39,612 bases of DNA from Clostridiales bacterium. GTDB taxonomy: Bacteria > Bacillota > Clostridia > Christensenellales > CAG-138. The stretch lies in the NCBI GenBank assembly GCA_031270585.1, contig JAISXK010000130.1, positions 1 through 39,612 on the forward strand, given 5' to 3'. The notes below the pieces were generated by a model that ran no database searches, was not told the DNA's origin, and saw only the letters and a list, made by a program, of their open reading frames with translations. Position 1 is the stretch's first letter, and each line of letters starts with the position of its first letter. The position numbers were made by a program, and so were the translations under genes. Shown piece after piece: positions 7,468 to 16,615 of this stretch.

Positions 7468-9347
7468 GTGGCCTTCTCCTCGCCGCCGTGGGCCCTGCGC
7501 CATATCAGCAGCACCGCGATATCCGCCGGGGATACTCCGGGTATGCGCGCGGCTTGCCCGATGCTGTGCGGTCGCCTGTCCGTAAGCTTCTGCCGCGCTT
7601 CCATACGCAGCCCTTTGATTTGCCTGTAGGGGATATCCTGATGCAGCGTGAGATCCTCCAGCGCCTGCATGCGGCGCACCTGCTCGCGCTGCTTGTGGAT
7701 ATACCCGTCGTAGCGCGCGGCGATTTCCGCCTGCTCGCGCGCGTCGTCCGCGAGGGGGGGAAGCGTGGGGCAAAGGCGCGTCAAATCCGTATAGCCGATG
7801 CCGGGGCGCTTTAAAAGATCGCAGAGCGGTATGCCGGTTTTGGCCGCGGGCTCGCCATGCGCGCCTAAAAACGCCTGTAACGCCGCGTTTGGCGGCATAA
7901 CACGGGCCAGCGCCTGCTGCGCGCGCGCGACCCCCTCGCGCTTTTTCATCATTTTATCATATCGCGCGCCGCTGATAAGCCCCGTTCTTCTGGCAATCTC
8001 CGTTAATCGCATATCGGCGTTGTCCTGCCGCAGCAGCAAGCGGTATTCCGCGCGCGATGTCATCATGCGGTAGGGCTCGTCCACGCCCTTTACGGTAAGG
8101 TCGTCCGCCAGTACGCCTATGTACGCGTCCGCCCGCGTCAGCAGCAGCGGGGGTTGGTTTTTTAAATAAAGCCCGGCGTTGATGGCGGCGTACAGGCCCT
8201 GCGCCGCCGCCTCCTCATAGCCGGATGTGCCGTTGACCTGCCCGCCGAAGTATAGCCCTTCAATATCCCTGGCGCCCAAATATGCGTTGAGCGCGGTGGG
8301 GTCGATGCAGTCATACTCTATGGCGTAGCCCGGGCGCAAAACCACGCAGCGGCGCAGCCCCGGTATGGTGCGCAGCATGTCTTCCTGCACATCCGCCGGC
8401 AACGATGTATTCATGCCCTGCACATACATCTCGTGGGTAAAGAGCCCCTCGGGTTCGATGAATATCTGGTGGCGTTCCTTATCGTGAAAGCGCACGACCT
8501 TATCCTCTATAGAGGGGCAGTAGCGCGCGCCGGTGCCCTCTATCACGCCCGCGTACAGAGGGGAGCGGTGCAGGTTGTTTACTATCACCGCGTGGGTTTG
8601 CGGGTTGGTATATGTCAGGTAGCAGGGCGCCTGGGGGAAATCCCGCTCTCCCGTCAAAAAAGAGAACGCGGGTATGGGCGTGTCGCCCGTCTGTATCTGC
8701 ATCTCGTCATAATCGAGCGAAAGCCCGTGCACGCGCGCGGGCGTGCCCGTTTTAAAGCGGCGTATGGTAAAGCCAAGGCCGCCTAAGCAGGCGGAAAGCC
8801 CTTCCGCGCGCATCAGCCCCGCCGGGCCGCTTTCCTGCCGCCACTCGCCTATCAATATACGGCTTTTTAAATATACGCCGCTGCAAACCACGACGGCGCG
8901 GCAGGATATATGTGCGCCTGCGGTTGTGTCAATGCCGGTTGCCCTGCCGTTTTTTACATGCAGCGCGGCGCATTCGCCCTGCATCAGGGTGATATTTTGC
9001 GTCTCCTCCAGCGCGCGCTTCATGCGCTCGTGATAGCGGCGCTTATCCATCTGCGCGCGCAACGAATGCACGGCCGGGCCTTTACCCGTGTTGAGCATGC
9101 GTATCTGTATGAGCGTGTCGTCGGCGGCAAGCCCCATCTCGCCGCCCAGGGCGTCGATTTCGCGCACAAGATGGCCCTTGCTTGTGCCGCCTATGGCGGG
9201 GTTGCAAGGCATCAGGCCGATGCTGTCAAGATTGAGCGTGAGCACAAGCGTATGAAGGCCCATGCGCGCAAGCGCAAGCGCCGCCTCCAGCCCCGCGTGC
9301 CCCGCGCCGATCACCGCCGCGTCAAATTGCCCGGATATATGCCGCAT
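7464..9347 (-). CDS. mnmG: tRNA uridine 5-carboxymethylaminomethyl modification enzyme MnmG (GidA)
   Basis: FAD fold DAAVIGAGHAGLEAALA. ~627 aa with highly characteristic GidA sequence throughout (GPRYCPSIEDK-type motif: GARYCPSIEDKVVRF). The start is set at ATG 9347 (MRHISGQFD), after AAGGGA. Confidence 0.95.
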   Translation of the reverse strand: MRHISGQFDAAVIGAGHAGLEAALALARMGLHTLVLTLNLDSIGLMPCNPAIGGTSKGHLVREIDALGGEMGLAADDTLIQIRMLNTGKGPAVHSLRAQMDKRRYHERMKRALEETQNITLMQGECAALHVKNGRATGIDTTAGAHISCRAVVVCSGVYLKSRILIGEWRQESGPAGLMRAEGLSACLGGLGFTIRRFKTGTPARVHGLSLDYDEMQIQTGDTPIPAFSFLTGERDFPQAPCYLTYTNPQTHAVIVNNLHRSPLYAGVIEGTGARYCPSIEDKVVRFHDKERHQIFIEPEGLFTHEMYVQGMNTSLPADVQEDMLRTIPGLRRCVVLRPGYAIEYDCIDPTALNAYLGARDIEGLYFGGQVNGTSGYEEAAAQGLYAAINAGLYLKNQPPLLLTRADAYIGVLADDLTVKGVDEPYRMMTSRAEYRLLLRQDNADMRLTEIARRTGLISGARYDKMMKKREGVARAQQALARVMPPNAALQAFLGAHGEPAAKTGIPLCDLLKRPGIGYTDLTRLCPTLPPLADDAREQAEIAARYDGYIHKQREQVRRMQALEDLTLHQDIPYRQIKGLRMEARQKLTDRRPHSIGQAARIPGVSPADIAVLLIWRRAHGGEEKAT

Positions 9348-9525
9348 ATTCGTCCCTTTCCGCGTAGGCGTCTCTACAGATGAAAAGTATAGCACAGGAA
9401 AACGGCATGAAACAAGTTTCGTCCGTATGAATGATAAAAAAACACACGCTAGGCACGCGCCATGTAATCAAGTATAATAAAACCATCGCATCAGTATGAA
9501 GTCTGCGTATATTATGGAGGGTGTT

Positions 9526-10638
9526 ATGGCGTCGAAAGTTTATTTTACCGATATGCGTGTAAATCCCGGCTACAGCTTGCTGGAAAAACTGCGCGACCTG
9601 ATCCGCTTTGCGGGTATAGACGCGATTGATTTCAAGCATAAATTCACGGCCATCAAAATGCATTTTGGCGAGCGGGGCAATCTCGCGTTTTTGCGCCCCA
9701 ACTACGCCAAAGTGGTGGCCGATATCGTAAAAGAACGCGGTGGCGTGCCTTTTTTAACGGATTGCAACACACTGTATGTGGGCGGCAGGGCAAACGCGCT
9801 GAACCATATGGATACCGCCAACATCAACGGCTTTTCACCGGTGAGCACCGGCTGCCAAATACTCATTGCCGACGGGCTGCGCGGCTCGGACGAACTGCTT
9901 GTGCCCGTGCCGCGCGGCGAATGCGTAAAGGAAGCGCGCATAGGCCGCGCCGTTATGGATGCGGATGTGTTCCTATCCCTTACGCATTTCAAGGGCCACG
10001 AGATGGTGGGGTTTGGCGGCGCGGTAAAAAACATCGGCATGGGCTGCGGATCGCGCGCCGGCAAGATGGAGATGCACGGCAACGGCAAGGTGGCCGTGAT
10101 CAAAAAACGATGCATCAACTGCGCGCTTTGCGCCACACAGTGCGCGCACGGCGCCCATAGCTTTGATAAAGGCTATTGCGAGGTGGATGTAAACAAATGC
10201 GTGGGCTGCGGCCGCTGCCTCACTATCTGTTCCGTGCACGCCATCGTATCCAGGGATGACGGCGCAATAGAAGATTTAAACAAAAAAATCGCGGAATACA
10301 CCTATGCCGTGCTGCATGGCAGGCCGCACTTCCACGTCAGCCTGGTGATAGATGTTTCGCCGTATTGCGATTGCCATGGCGAAAACGACGCGCCGTTTGT
10401 GCCCAACATCGGCATGTTTGCCTCGTTTGACCCCGTGGCGCTCGACAGCGCCTGCGCCGATGCCGTAAACGCCGAGCAGCCGCTGAAAAACAGCGTGCTG
10501 AACGAAAGCGCGCAAACGCACCACGATCATTTTACGGATATATTCCCCGTTACGGATTGGCGCACACATTTAACCCACAGCGAAACGCTGGGCATAGGTT
10601 CCACGCGATACGAGCTTGTGCGTTTTGAAAAAAGATAG
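9526..10638 (+). CDS. DUF362 domain protein with 2x[4Fe-4S] ferredoxin insert
   Basis: Two CxxCxxCxxxC motifs (CINCALCATQC and CVGCGRCLTIC). The overall layout resembles DUF362 Fe-S proteins. The start is set at ATG 9526, after GGAGGG at 9516-9521. Confidence 0.7.
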   Translation: MASKVYFTDMRVNPGYSLLEKLRDLIRFAGIDAIDFKHKFTAIKMHFGERGNLAFLRPNYAKVVADIVKERGGVPFLTDCNTLYVGGRANALNHMDTANINGFSPVSTGCQILIADGLRGSDELLVPVPRGECVKEARIGRAVMDADVFLSLTHFKGHEMVGFGGAVKNIGMGCGSRAGKMEMHGNGKVAVIKKRCINCALCATQCAHGAHSFDKGYCEVDVNKCVGCGRCLTICSVHAIVSRDDGAIEDLNKKIAEYTYAVLHGRPHFHVSLVIDVSPYCDCHGENDAPFVPNIGMFASFDPVALDSACADAVNAEQPLKNSVLNESAQTHHDHFTDIFPVTDWRTHLTHSETLGIGSTRYELVRFEKR

Positions 10639-10649
10639 CGCGCCTTTAT

Positions 10650-11345
10650 TCAATTGGGTAATGTGGCGGCGGCGCGCGTCTGCTCCCCCTTTAGCGGAAC
10701 GAGCAAAGCAAACGCCCGCTTTACCGGCGGCAGCGCCGCCACGATCATGCAAATGGCGGCATCCGGCCCTAAGGCCAGCGTGTTGTAAATGGCGGAATAG
10801 ATCCACGGGTTCATACCCGCAGGGGCGTATTCCGCAAAGAACAGGGCGCCCGATATTGTAGAGCACAGTATGCGGCCGATACCGCCCACCAATATGCCTA
10901 TCGGCAGCGATTTGGGGAAAAGCGCCGCCAGCCCGAAGCAGGTGAACGCCAGCACGTAATCCAGCGCCGGCGAAAGCCAGTGCACCGCGATGGGTTCCTG
11001 AAAAAACTGCAACACACCGCACGCGAAAGCGGCCAGAAGCCCGTCGCGCAAGCCAAACCGGTTGGCGAAAAGCGCTATGGGCAACATGGCGCCAAGCGTG
11101 ATGGAGCCGCCCTGTGGCATCTCAAAAAACTTGATGTAGGATAACAGAAACGACAACGACACGCAAAGCGCGCCATAGACGAGCGCGCGCGGGCCTCCCT
11201 GCTTTACGCGTATATCGTTTTGTTTGCTGCGGTAGGCGTATACGAGCGCGGCGCTTAGCGCCGCAGCCAATACGCCAAGAAAAATAAGTGTCAGCACCGT
11301 AACGATCGGCAACGCGGCAAGTTCGGTAAACAGGGTGAATTTCAT
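10650..11345 (-). CDS. thiT: energy-coupling-factor thiamine transporter S component ThiT (YuaJ family)
   Basis: 231-aa polytopic protein with MPQGGSITLGAMLPIALFANRFG, which is ThiT-like. It lies directly behind a TPP riboswitch. Confidence 0.78.
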   Translation of the reverse strand: MKFTLFTELAALPIVTVLTLIFLGVLAAALSAALVYAYRSKQNDIRVKQGGPRALVYGALCVSLSFLLSYIKFFEMPQGGSITLGAMLPIALFANRFGLRDGLLAAFACGVLQFFQEPIAVHWLSPALDYVLAFTCFGLAALFPKSLPIGILVGGIGRILCSTISGALFFAEYAPAGMNPWIYSAIYNTLALGPDAAICMIVAALPPVKRAFALLVPLKGEQTRAAATLPN

Positions 11346-11379
11346 ATGGCCTTACCTCTTTCCAACTCACAGCCGCATA

Positions 11380-11424
11380 AAAAACTTAAAAAGACATGCT
11401 TCCCGCTGTTGAAACGGAAGCATG
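11380..11424 (-). terminator. intrinsic terminator forming the expression platform of the TPP riboswitch
   Basis: On the minus strand, CAUGCUUCCG-UUUCAACAG-CGGGAAGCAUG (11395-11424) is followed by UCUUUUUAAGUUUUUU. It lies between the aptamer and the thiT start. Confidence 0.7.
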
Positions 11425-11449
11425 CCCTGTATTTTTTGCCTTGCCTGCT

Positions 11450-11534
11450 CCGCTTCCCTACGTTAGTATGAACTAAATCAGGTTCCAAGGGTCTTTCTCA
11501 GCCATCTGCAATCCTGATGGCGCCCCCAGCGGTT
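11450..11534 (-). promoter_or_regulatory. TPP (THI-box) riboswitch aptamer
   Basis: The minus strand reads CCGCUGGGGGCGCC..GGCUGAGAAAGACCCUUGGAACCUGAUUUAGUUCAUACUAACGUAGGGAAGCGG. It contains the conserved GGGG.GC, CUGAGA, ACCCUU.GAACCUGAU and CGUAGGGAA blocks. P1 closes as CCGCU/AGCGG. Confidence 0.88.
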
Positions 11535-11559
11535 GGAGTTTATTCTGTTTTGTAAATAT

Positions 11560-11589
11560 AGTATATGTCCGCCGTTTACGCGCTGTCAA
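11560..11589 (-). promoter_or_regulatory. sigma-A type promoter for the riboswitch-thiT transcript
   Basis: The minus strand has TTGACA, an 18-nt spacer, then TATACT. It sits about 20 nt upstream of the aptamer P1. Confidence 0.55.
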
Positions 11590-11789
11590 TAGCTTTGCCG
11601 GGTAAAATCCAACATGTAAATCTGATAAATCCGGCATGCGCCAGCTTTAACTTTGCGTGGGGGCCACGATAGCGTATACTGGATACGGATTATTGACGGT
11701 ACACGGGTACGCTTTTTTACGCTTGCTTCATATTTGAGACATGATTGTTCGGTACATTTTGCATAACAGCATACAAGGGGAATGATTTG

Positions 11790-13499
11790 ATGCACAAAAC
11801 CAATGAGAAGACAGAGCCGCAAATCGAAGCCGGAGCGAAGACGCGAACGTCCGCGCGTAAAAAGGAACGCAAGTTTAAAAAGAAGCATATCAAATGGGTC
11901 GTGCTGGGCGCCATCGTGATCACAACCGCCATACTTGTGATTACCTGCACGAACAGGGTAAAAGCGGCCATGGCCAGCGTATCCTCCATGACGGATGTGA
12001 CGGTGCTAAGCTACGCCTCCCTTGAAAACAGCATCAGCGCCACCGGAACGGTGGAAAGCGACAAAAAAACCCATGTATATTCCACCAACAACTATACCGT
12101 GCAAAGCATCGAGGTACAGGTGGGCGATGTGGTGACCATGGACGATGTGCTGCTGCGCTTGGATACCGAGAGCATCGAAAAGCAAATAAGAGAAAAAGAG
12201 ATAGCCATGGATACGAGCCAGAACGCCGGTGAACTGAGCGTCAAGGCGGCCAGGGATGCCTACTACAACTATAAAGAAGGGCTGGAAAACGGGGAGAACC
12301 CCAGCATCATTTCCGCCGAGAACGCCGTGCGCAACGCGCTGGACGCCTACGACGCGGCCGTCAAAGCCTATAACGAATACGTAGAGGATATGCGCCTGGG
12401 GCAGGTTGCGAGCGTAGTATCCGCCGAAAAGGCGTACACGGCCGCCAGCAACGCCGTGTACACCGCCCAGGCGCAGCTTACGACAGCGCAAGCTGACCTG
12501 GCGGCCGACACGGCCAACACCACCTTGCAAGCGCAAGTGGCTGCGGCACAGGCTGCGCTGCAAAATGCCGAGGATAGCCTGGCTTCGGCCGAGGCCGCGT
12601 ATAACCAGGCCTACCGCGCCGCCAAAAACGCCAAAGACGAGTATTTTAAAAGAATAGATACCACACAGGCCGCGTATGAAAGCGCGGTAAAATCGCTGGA
12701 GGCCGCACAGGGAGGCGCCGACGACCAGCTGGAGGCATATAAAAACAGCTATAGAAGCGCGCAGGTATCCTCCGGGCAGGATCTGGCGGAATACCAGTTG
12801 GAGGAGATGCGGCAGGACCTGGCCGACGCCACCGTCAAGGCGCCTGTGTCCGGCGTGGTAACGGGCGTGTTCGCAACCGTGGGCGCCACGGGTTCCGGCC
12901 TGCTGTTTGTCATAGAGGATACCGCCAACCTTATCGTAAAAACCACCGTGAAGGAATACGATATCGGCGAAGTGTTCGAGAACATGCCGGTCGCCATCCG
13001 GGCGGACGCCACCGGCGATGAAACGTATGAGGGCAGACTGAGCCTGATTGCGCCAACCGCCAAAAAAAATGCCCAGGGCGACACCGACACTTCGGGCGAC
13101 GTGCAGTTTGAGGCGGAGGTCGCCGTCACTTCTCCCGATACGCGCCTGCGCATCGGCATGAGCGTGCGTATGGATTTGATTGTGGCAAGAGAAGACCGGG
13201 TGCTGCCGGTGCCTTTTGACGCCATATACAAAAACTTAGCCGGCGCAAATTGTGTGCTGGCCGCCGTGGACGCGGGCAATATGCAATACATACTTGAAGA
13301 GCGCGAGGTGGTTTGCGGGCTCGAAAACGACCTGGATATCGCCATCAGCGGCGACGGGATCGAGCCCGGCCTGCGCGTGATCAACAACCCCGGCAATTAT
13401 GCGGCCGGCCAGACCATTACGCTTTATGACGCGCCAAACCTTTCAAACAGCAGCGGCGATTTTCCGACGTTCTTCGGCCCCGGCGTAAGGGGGGGCTAA
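11790..13499 (+). CDS. efflux transporter periplasmic adaptor (HlyD/MacA/YknX family) with unusually long coiled coil
   Basis: Basic N-terminus plus a single TM anchor (WVVLGAIVITTAILVITC), then a long Ala/Gln-rich heptad-like region. The C-terminal beta-barrel/lipoyl-like part includes ATVKAPVSGVVTGV. It is followed by a MacB-type ATPase and an FtsX permease. The start is set at ATG 11790 (MHKTNEK), after AAGGGGA. Confidence 0.78.
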   Translation: MHKTNEKTEPQIEAGAKTRTSARKKERKFKKKHIKWVVLGAIVITTAILVITCTNRVKAAMASVSSMTDVTVLSYASLENSISATGTVESDKKTHVYSTNNYTVQSIEVQVGDVVTMDDVLLRLDTESIEKQIREKEIAMDTSQNAGELSVKAARDAYYNYKEGLENGENPSIISAENAVRNALDAYDAAVKAYNEYVEDMRLGQVASVVSAEKAYTAASNAVYTAQAQLTTAQADLAADTANTTLQAQVAAAQAALQNAEDSLASAEAAYNQAYRAAKNAKDEYFKRIDTTQAAYESAVKSLEAAQGGADDQLEAYKNSYRSAQVSSGQDLAEYQLEEMRQDLADATVKAPVSGVVTGVFATVGATGSGLLFVIEDTANLIVKTTVKEYDIGEVFENMPVAIRADATGDETYEGRLSLIAPTAKKNAQGDTDTSGDVQFEAEVAVTSPDTRLRIGMSVRMDLIVAREDRVLPVPFDAIYKNLAGANCVLAAVDAGNMQYILEEREVVCGLENDLDIAISGDGIEPGLRVINNPGNYAAGQTITLYDAPNLSNSSGDFPTFFGPGVRGG

Positions 13500-13502
13500 G
13501 CC

Positions 13503-14204
13503 GTGCAGGATGATATTATTTTGATGCGGGGCATTACAAAAAGCTTTTATATCGGGCGGAGCAACGAGCTGGAGATACTGCACGGCATCGGCTTAACGGT
13601 AAAAAACGGCGAGTTCATCGCCATAGTAGGCCCTTCGGGCTCGGGAAAATCCACGCTGATGAATGTAATCGGCGCGCTGGATCGCGCGACAAGCGGCAGC
13701 TACATACTGGATGGCTCCGTGATTGAAGACGCGCGCGACAACGATCTTTCCGCCATACGCAATAAAAAAATCGGTTTTGTGTTTCAAAACTTCAACCTTA
13801 TCCCGCGTACCAACACGCTCAAAAACGTTGAGCTGCCCATGATGTACGCGGGCGTACCCCAGCGCGAGCGCACGCATAGGGCGAAGGAACTTTTGGACAT
13901 GGTGGAGATGAAGGACCGCCTCACCCACCGGCCCAACGAGCTTTCGGGCGGAGAAAAACAGCGCGTGGCCATCGCGCGCGCCATGGCCAACAACCCCAGC
14001 ATCATATTGGCGGATGAACCCACCGGCGCGCTGGACAGCAAGACGGGCAGACTGGTGATGGATATATTCCACAAGCTCAACCGGCAGCAGCGCAAAACCA
14101 TTGTGCTGATTACGCATAACCGCGAGCTGGCCTCTGAAACGGGCCGCATACTCACCATGCACGACGGTTACCTGACGCCGCAAAATACGGAGGCCCGCGC
14201 ATGA
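13503..14204 (+). CDS. ABC transporter ATP-binding protein (MacB/YknY type)
   Basis: Walker [10 protein letters not shown], signature [14 protein letters not shown] and Walker [15 protein letters not shown] start. Confidence 0.93.
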   Translation: MQDDIILMRGITKSFYIGRSNELEILHGIGLTVKNGEFIAIVGPSGSGKSTLMNVIGALDRATSGSYILDGSVIEDARDNDLSAIRNKKIGFVFQNFNLIPRTNTLKNVELPMMYAGVPQRERTHRAKELLDMVEMKDRLTHRPNELSGGEKQRVAIARAMANNPSIILADEPTGALDSKTGRLVMDIFHKLNRQQRKTIVLITHNRELASETGRILTMHDGYLTPQNTEARA

Positions 14205-15451
14205 ATATTACAGAAAGCATCCGCCTCGCCTGGGAGGGCATACGCGCCAACAAAATGCGCTCGCTTTTAACCATGCTGGGTATCATCATCGGCATAGGCT
14301 CCGTTATCGCGATACTCACGGTGGGCAACTCCATGACAAGCACCGTCACGTCCTCCATGAGCTCGTTTGGCGCGTCCAATATCATTATCATGCTGCAGGA
14401 GCGCGAAAACAGCGGCGTGCGCGCCGCCATGCGGGAGGGCGACCGCATCACAAACGAGATGGTGGAAGCATTAAAAGCGCGTTATCCAACGCAGATAGCC
14501 GGCGTCAGCCTGTCGGAGCCCTTGGGCGCGGGACAGGCGCAGGATGGCAGAAAGTACGCCAATGTATCCGTAATAGGCGTCAACGAGGATTATCTTAACG
14601 TAAACAACATTACCATGCTGCTGGGCCGCAATATAGAAGAGAAGGATACGGAAGGATCGCGCCAGGTGGCCGTCGTATCCAACAAATTTGTCAATAAGAT
14701 GTTTAACGGCGATATACCCGGCGCGCTGGGGCGGGAGATCAAGGTGCGCTTTTTCGATGAGATTCGCGTATACCGCGTCGTGGGGGTTTACGAGTATGAG
14801 CAAACCATGTTCAACATATCCTTCGCGTCGGAAAATGATTTGAGCACCGAAATGTACATCCCCGTCACCACCGCGAAAAAGGCCAACAGCGACGGCGACG
14901 GCTATCAGAATATCACCGTGATGGCGACGAATGATACCGACAGCAAAAGCTTCGCCAACACCGCCGCAGCGTTTTTAAACCGCTTTTATGAAAACAATCA
15001 AAACTACCAGCTGAGCGCTATCAGCATGGAAAGCGTGACCGAGCAGGTGGACAGCATGATGAGCACCATGAGCATCGCGCTATCGGTAATCGCGGGGATA
15101 TCGCTGCTGGTGGGCGGCATCGGCGTGATGAATATCATGCTGGTTTCCGTTACCGAGCGCACGCGCGAGATAGGCACCAGAAAAGCTATCGGCGCCACCA
15201 ACAACAATATCCGTCTGCAGTTCGTGGTGGAAAGCATCATCGTATGCCTGATCGGCGGCCTGATCGGCGTGATATTCGGCGGGCTTTTGGGTTACTTTGG
15301 CAGCAGTTTGCTGGGCGCGGCTTCGGGGCCCACGTTTTCTTCCATCATGCTGGCGGTGGGCTTTTCCATGGCGATCGGCGTATTCTTCGGCTACTACCCG
15401 GCCAACAAGGCGGCCAAACTAGACCCCATCGAGGCTTTAAGATATGAGTAG
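14201..15451 (+). CDS. ABC transporter permease, FtsX/MacB family
   Basis: 416 aa. The N-terminus is typical of this family ([19 protein letters not shown]). A large extracytoplasmic domain is followed by the C-terminal FtsX 3-TM block ([14 protein letters not shown]). ATGA overlap with the ATPase. Confidence 0.9.
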   Translation: MNITESIRLAWEGIRANKMRSLLTMLGIIIGIGSVIAILTVGNSMTSTVTSSMSSFGASNIIIMLQERENSGVRAAMREGDRITNEMVEALKARYPTQIAGVSLSEPLGAGQAQDGRKYANVSVIGVNEDYLNVNNITMLLGRNIEEKDTEGSRQVAVVSNKFVNKMFNGDIPGALGREIKVRFFDEIRVYRVVGVYEYEQTMFNISFASENDLSTEMYIPVTTAKKANSDGDGYQNITVMATNDTDSKSFANTAAAFLNRFYENNQNYQLSAISMESVTEQVDSMMSTMSIALSVIAGISLLVGGIGVMNIMLVSVTERTREIGTRKAIGATNNNIRLQFVVESIIVCLIGGLIGVIFGGLLGYFGSSLLGAASGPTFSSIMLAVGFSMAIGVFFGYYPANKAAKLDPIEALRYE

Positions 15452-15476
15452 GGGAAATGGAATAGAAAATAGTTTA

Positions 15477-16451
15477 TTAAAACCCCTTCTCCTGCAGCCA
15501 GGCGGCCGCCATATCGGCATGGGGGTGCCCCAGGCCGTATAACGCCGCAGCAAGCGTACCGGCGCGAAACGCCAGGCCGGGAAGCGCCAGGCGTATGCGC
15601 TCGATAATACGTTCATCCATCGCGTCGGAATATACCTGCGCGTCGCGTATATGCCCTTCGCGAAGCGACAAACGCAGCTCGAGATTGCCCCAGTCAAAGC
15701 GTGTTTGAAGCGTGATATCAAACGCCGGCGTGCGGCCCTTGCACCATTCCCACGAGGCGTATTTTTCCACCAGCGGTTGCAGTTTGCCTGTGTCGGCGGC
15801 GTTCGCCCCCAAAAGTTTTGCCGGCCCGTATATGGCGATAAACGCGTCCACCAGCGCGTCTTGCGTATTGCGTATGGTAATGGCGCCGTTGATATCTGAA
15901 AGGTTTACCACCCTGGAGCGCACGCTCGCTATGCCCTTAGCGGCGAGCTTCTCCTGTGAGGGTACAAGGTAGCGCCCCAGCTTATCCATATCCACGGCCA
16001 CCAGTATGGTGCCGTGGTGCAGCGCCGTTCGATCGCCCAGGCGAAACGCGTTGCCGGAAAACTTGGCGCCGCCGCCTTGTTCAATCAGGTCGTTGCGGCC
16101 GGTATACGCCGTTTTTACGCCCAGCATGTTCGCCGCGCGCTGTATGACGGAAATCTGTTTTTCTATATCGTATTCTTCGCGCCGCGTGATGAATGTAAAA
16201 TTCAAATTGCCCGTATCGTGAAACACCGCGCCGCCGCCCGACGAGCGGCGCGCCAGCTTGCCGCCTTCATCCTCCAGCAGGGCGATGTGGCATTCCTTCC
16301 AGGCATTCTGGTGCTTGCCTATCACTACCGTGTTCTGATTTTGCCAGATATATAGCAGAACGCCGCCCGCATGCGCGTCAAAAAACATTTCCTCCAGTGC
16401 GAGGTTATAATAGGGGTCGGTTTGCCTGCTGAAAAAAATAGAGTTTTGCAT
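15477..16451 (-). CDS. lplA: lipoate--protein ligase
   Basis: Contains NLALEE near the N-terminus and RRSSGGGAVFHDTGNLNF (the LplA/LipB catalytic-domain motif). 324 aa. Confidence 0.88.
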   Translation of the reverse strand: MQNSIFFSRQTDPYYNLALEEMFFDAHAGGVLLYIWQNQNTVVIGKHQNAWKECHIALLEDEGGKLARRSSGGGAVFHDTGNLNFTFITRREEYDIEKQISVIQRAANMLGVKTAYTGRNDLIEQGGGAKFSGNAFRLGDRTALHHGTILVAVDMDKLGRYLVPSQEKLAAKGIASVRSRVVNLSDINGAITIRNTQDALVDAFIAIYGPAKLLGANAADTGKLQPLVEKYASWEWCKGRTPAFDITLQTRFDWGNLELRLSLREGHIRDAQVYSDAMDERIIERIRLALPGLAFRAGTLAAALYGLGHPHADMAAAWLQEKGF

Positions 16452-16615
16452 AAGTTTACTCCGTTTATCATATACTGTTATAACGTATCATACCCAATGC
16501 GCGCTTTTTTTACAACACCGGCCGTTCTATTGCCAGTAGAGCGCGGCGGCGGGAATATAAATTGACAAACACCCCCGTGTGCAGTATCCTTTATGAAAAT
16601 TATAAAAGGGAAAGC

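Noticed and set aside
6775-7773. The 332-aa version of rsmG, with a 102-aa Arg/Ala/Gly-rich N-terminal extension overlapping the last 306 nt of mnmG.
   Set aside because: The extension has no homology-like features. An ATG in an ATGA overlap with the mnmG stop gives a normal 230-aa RsmG.
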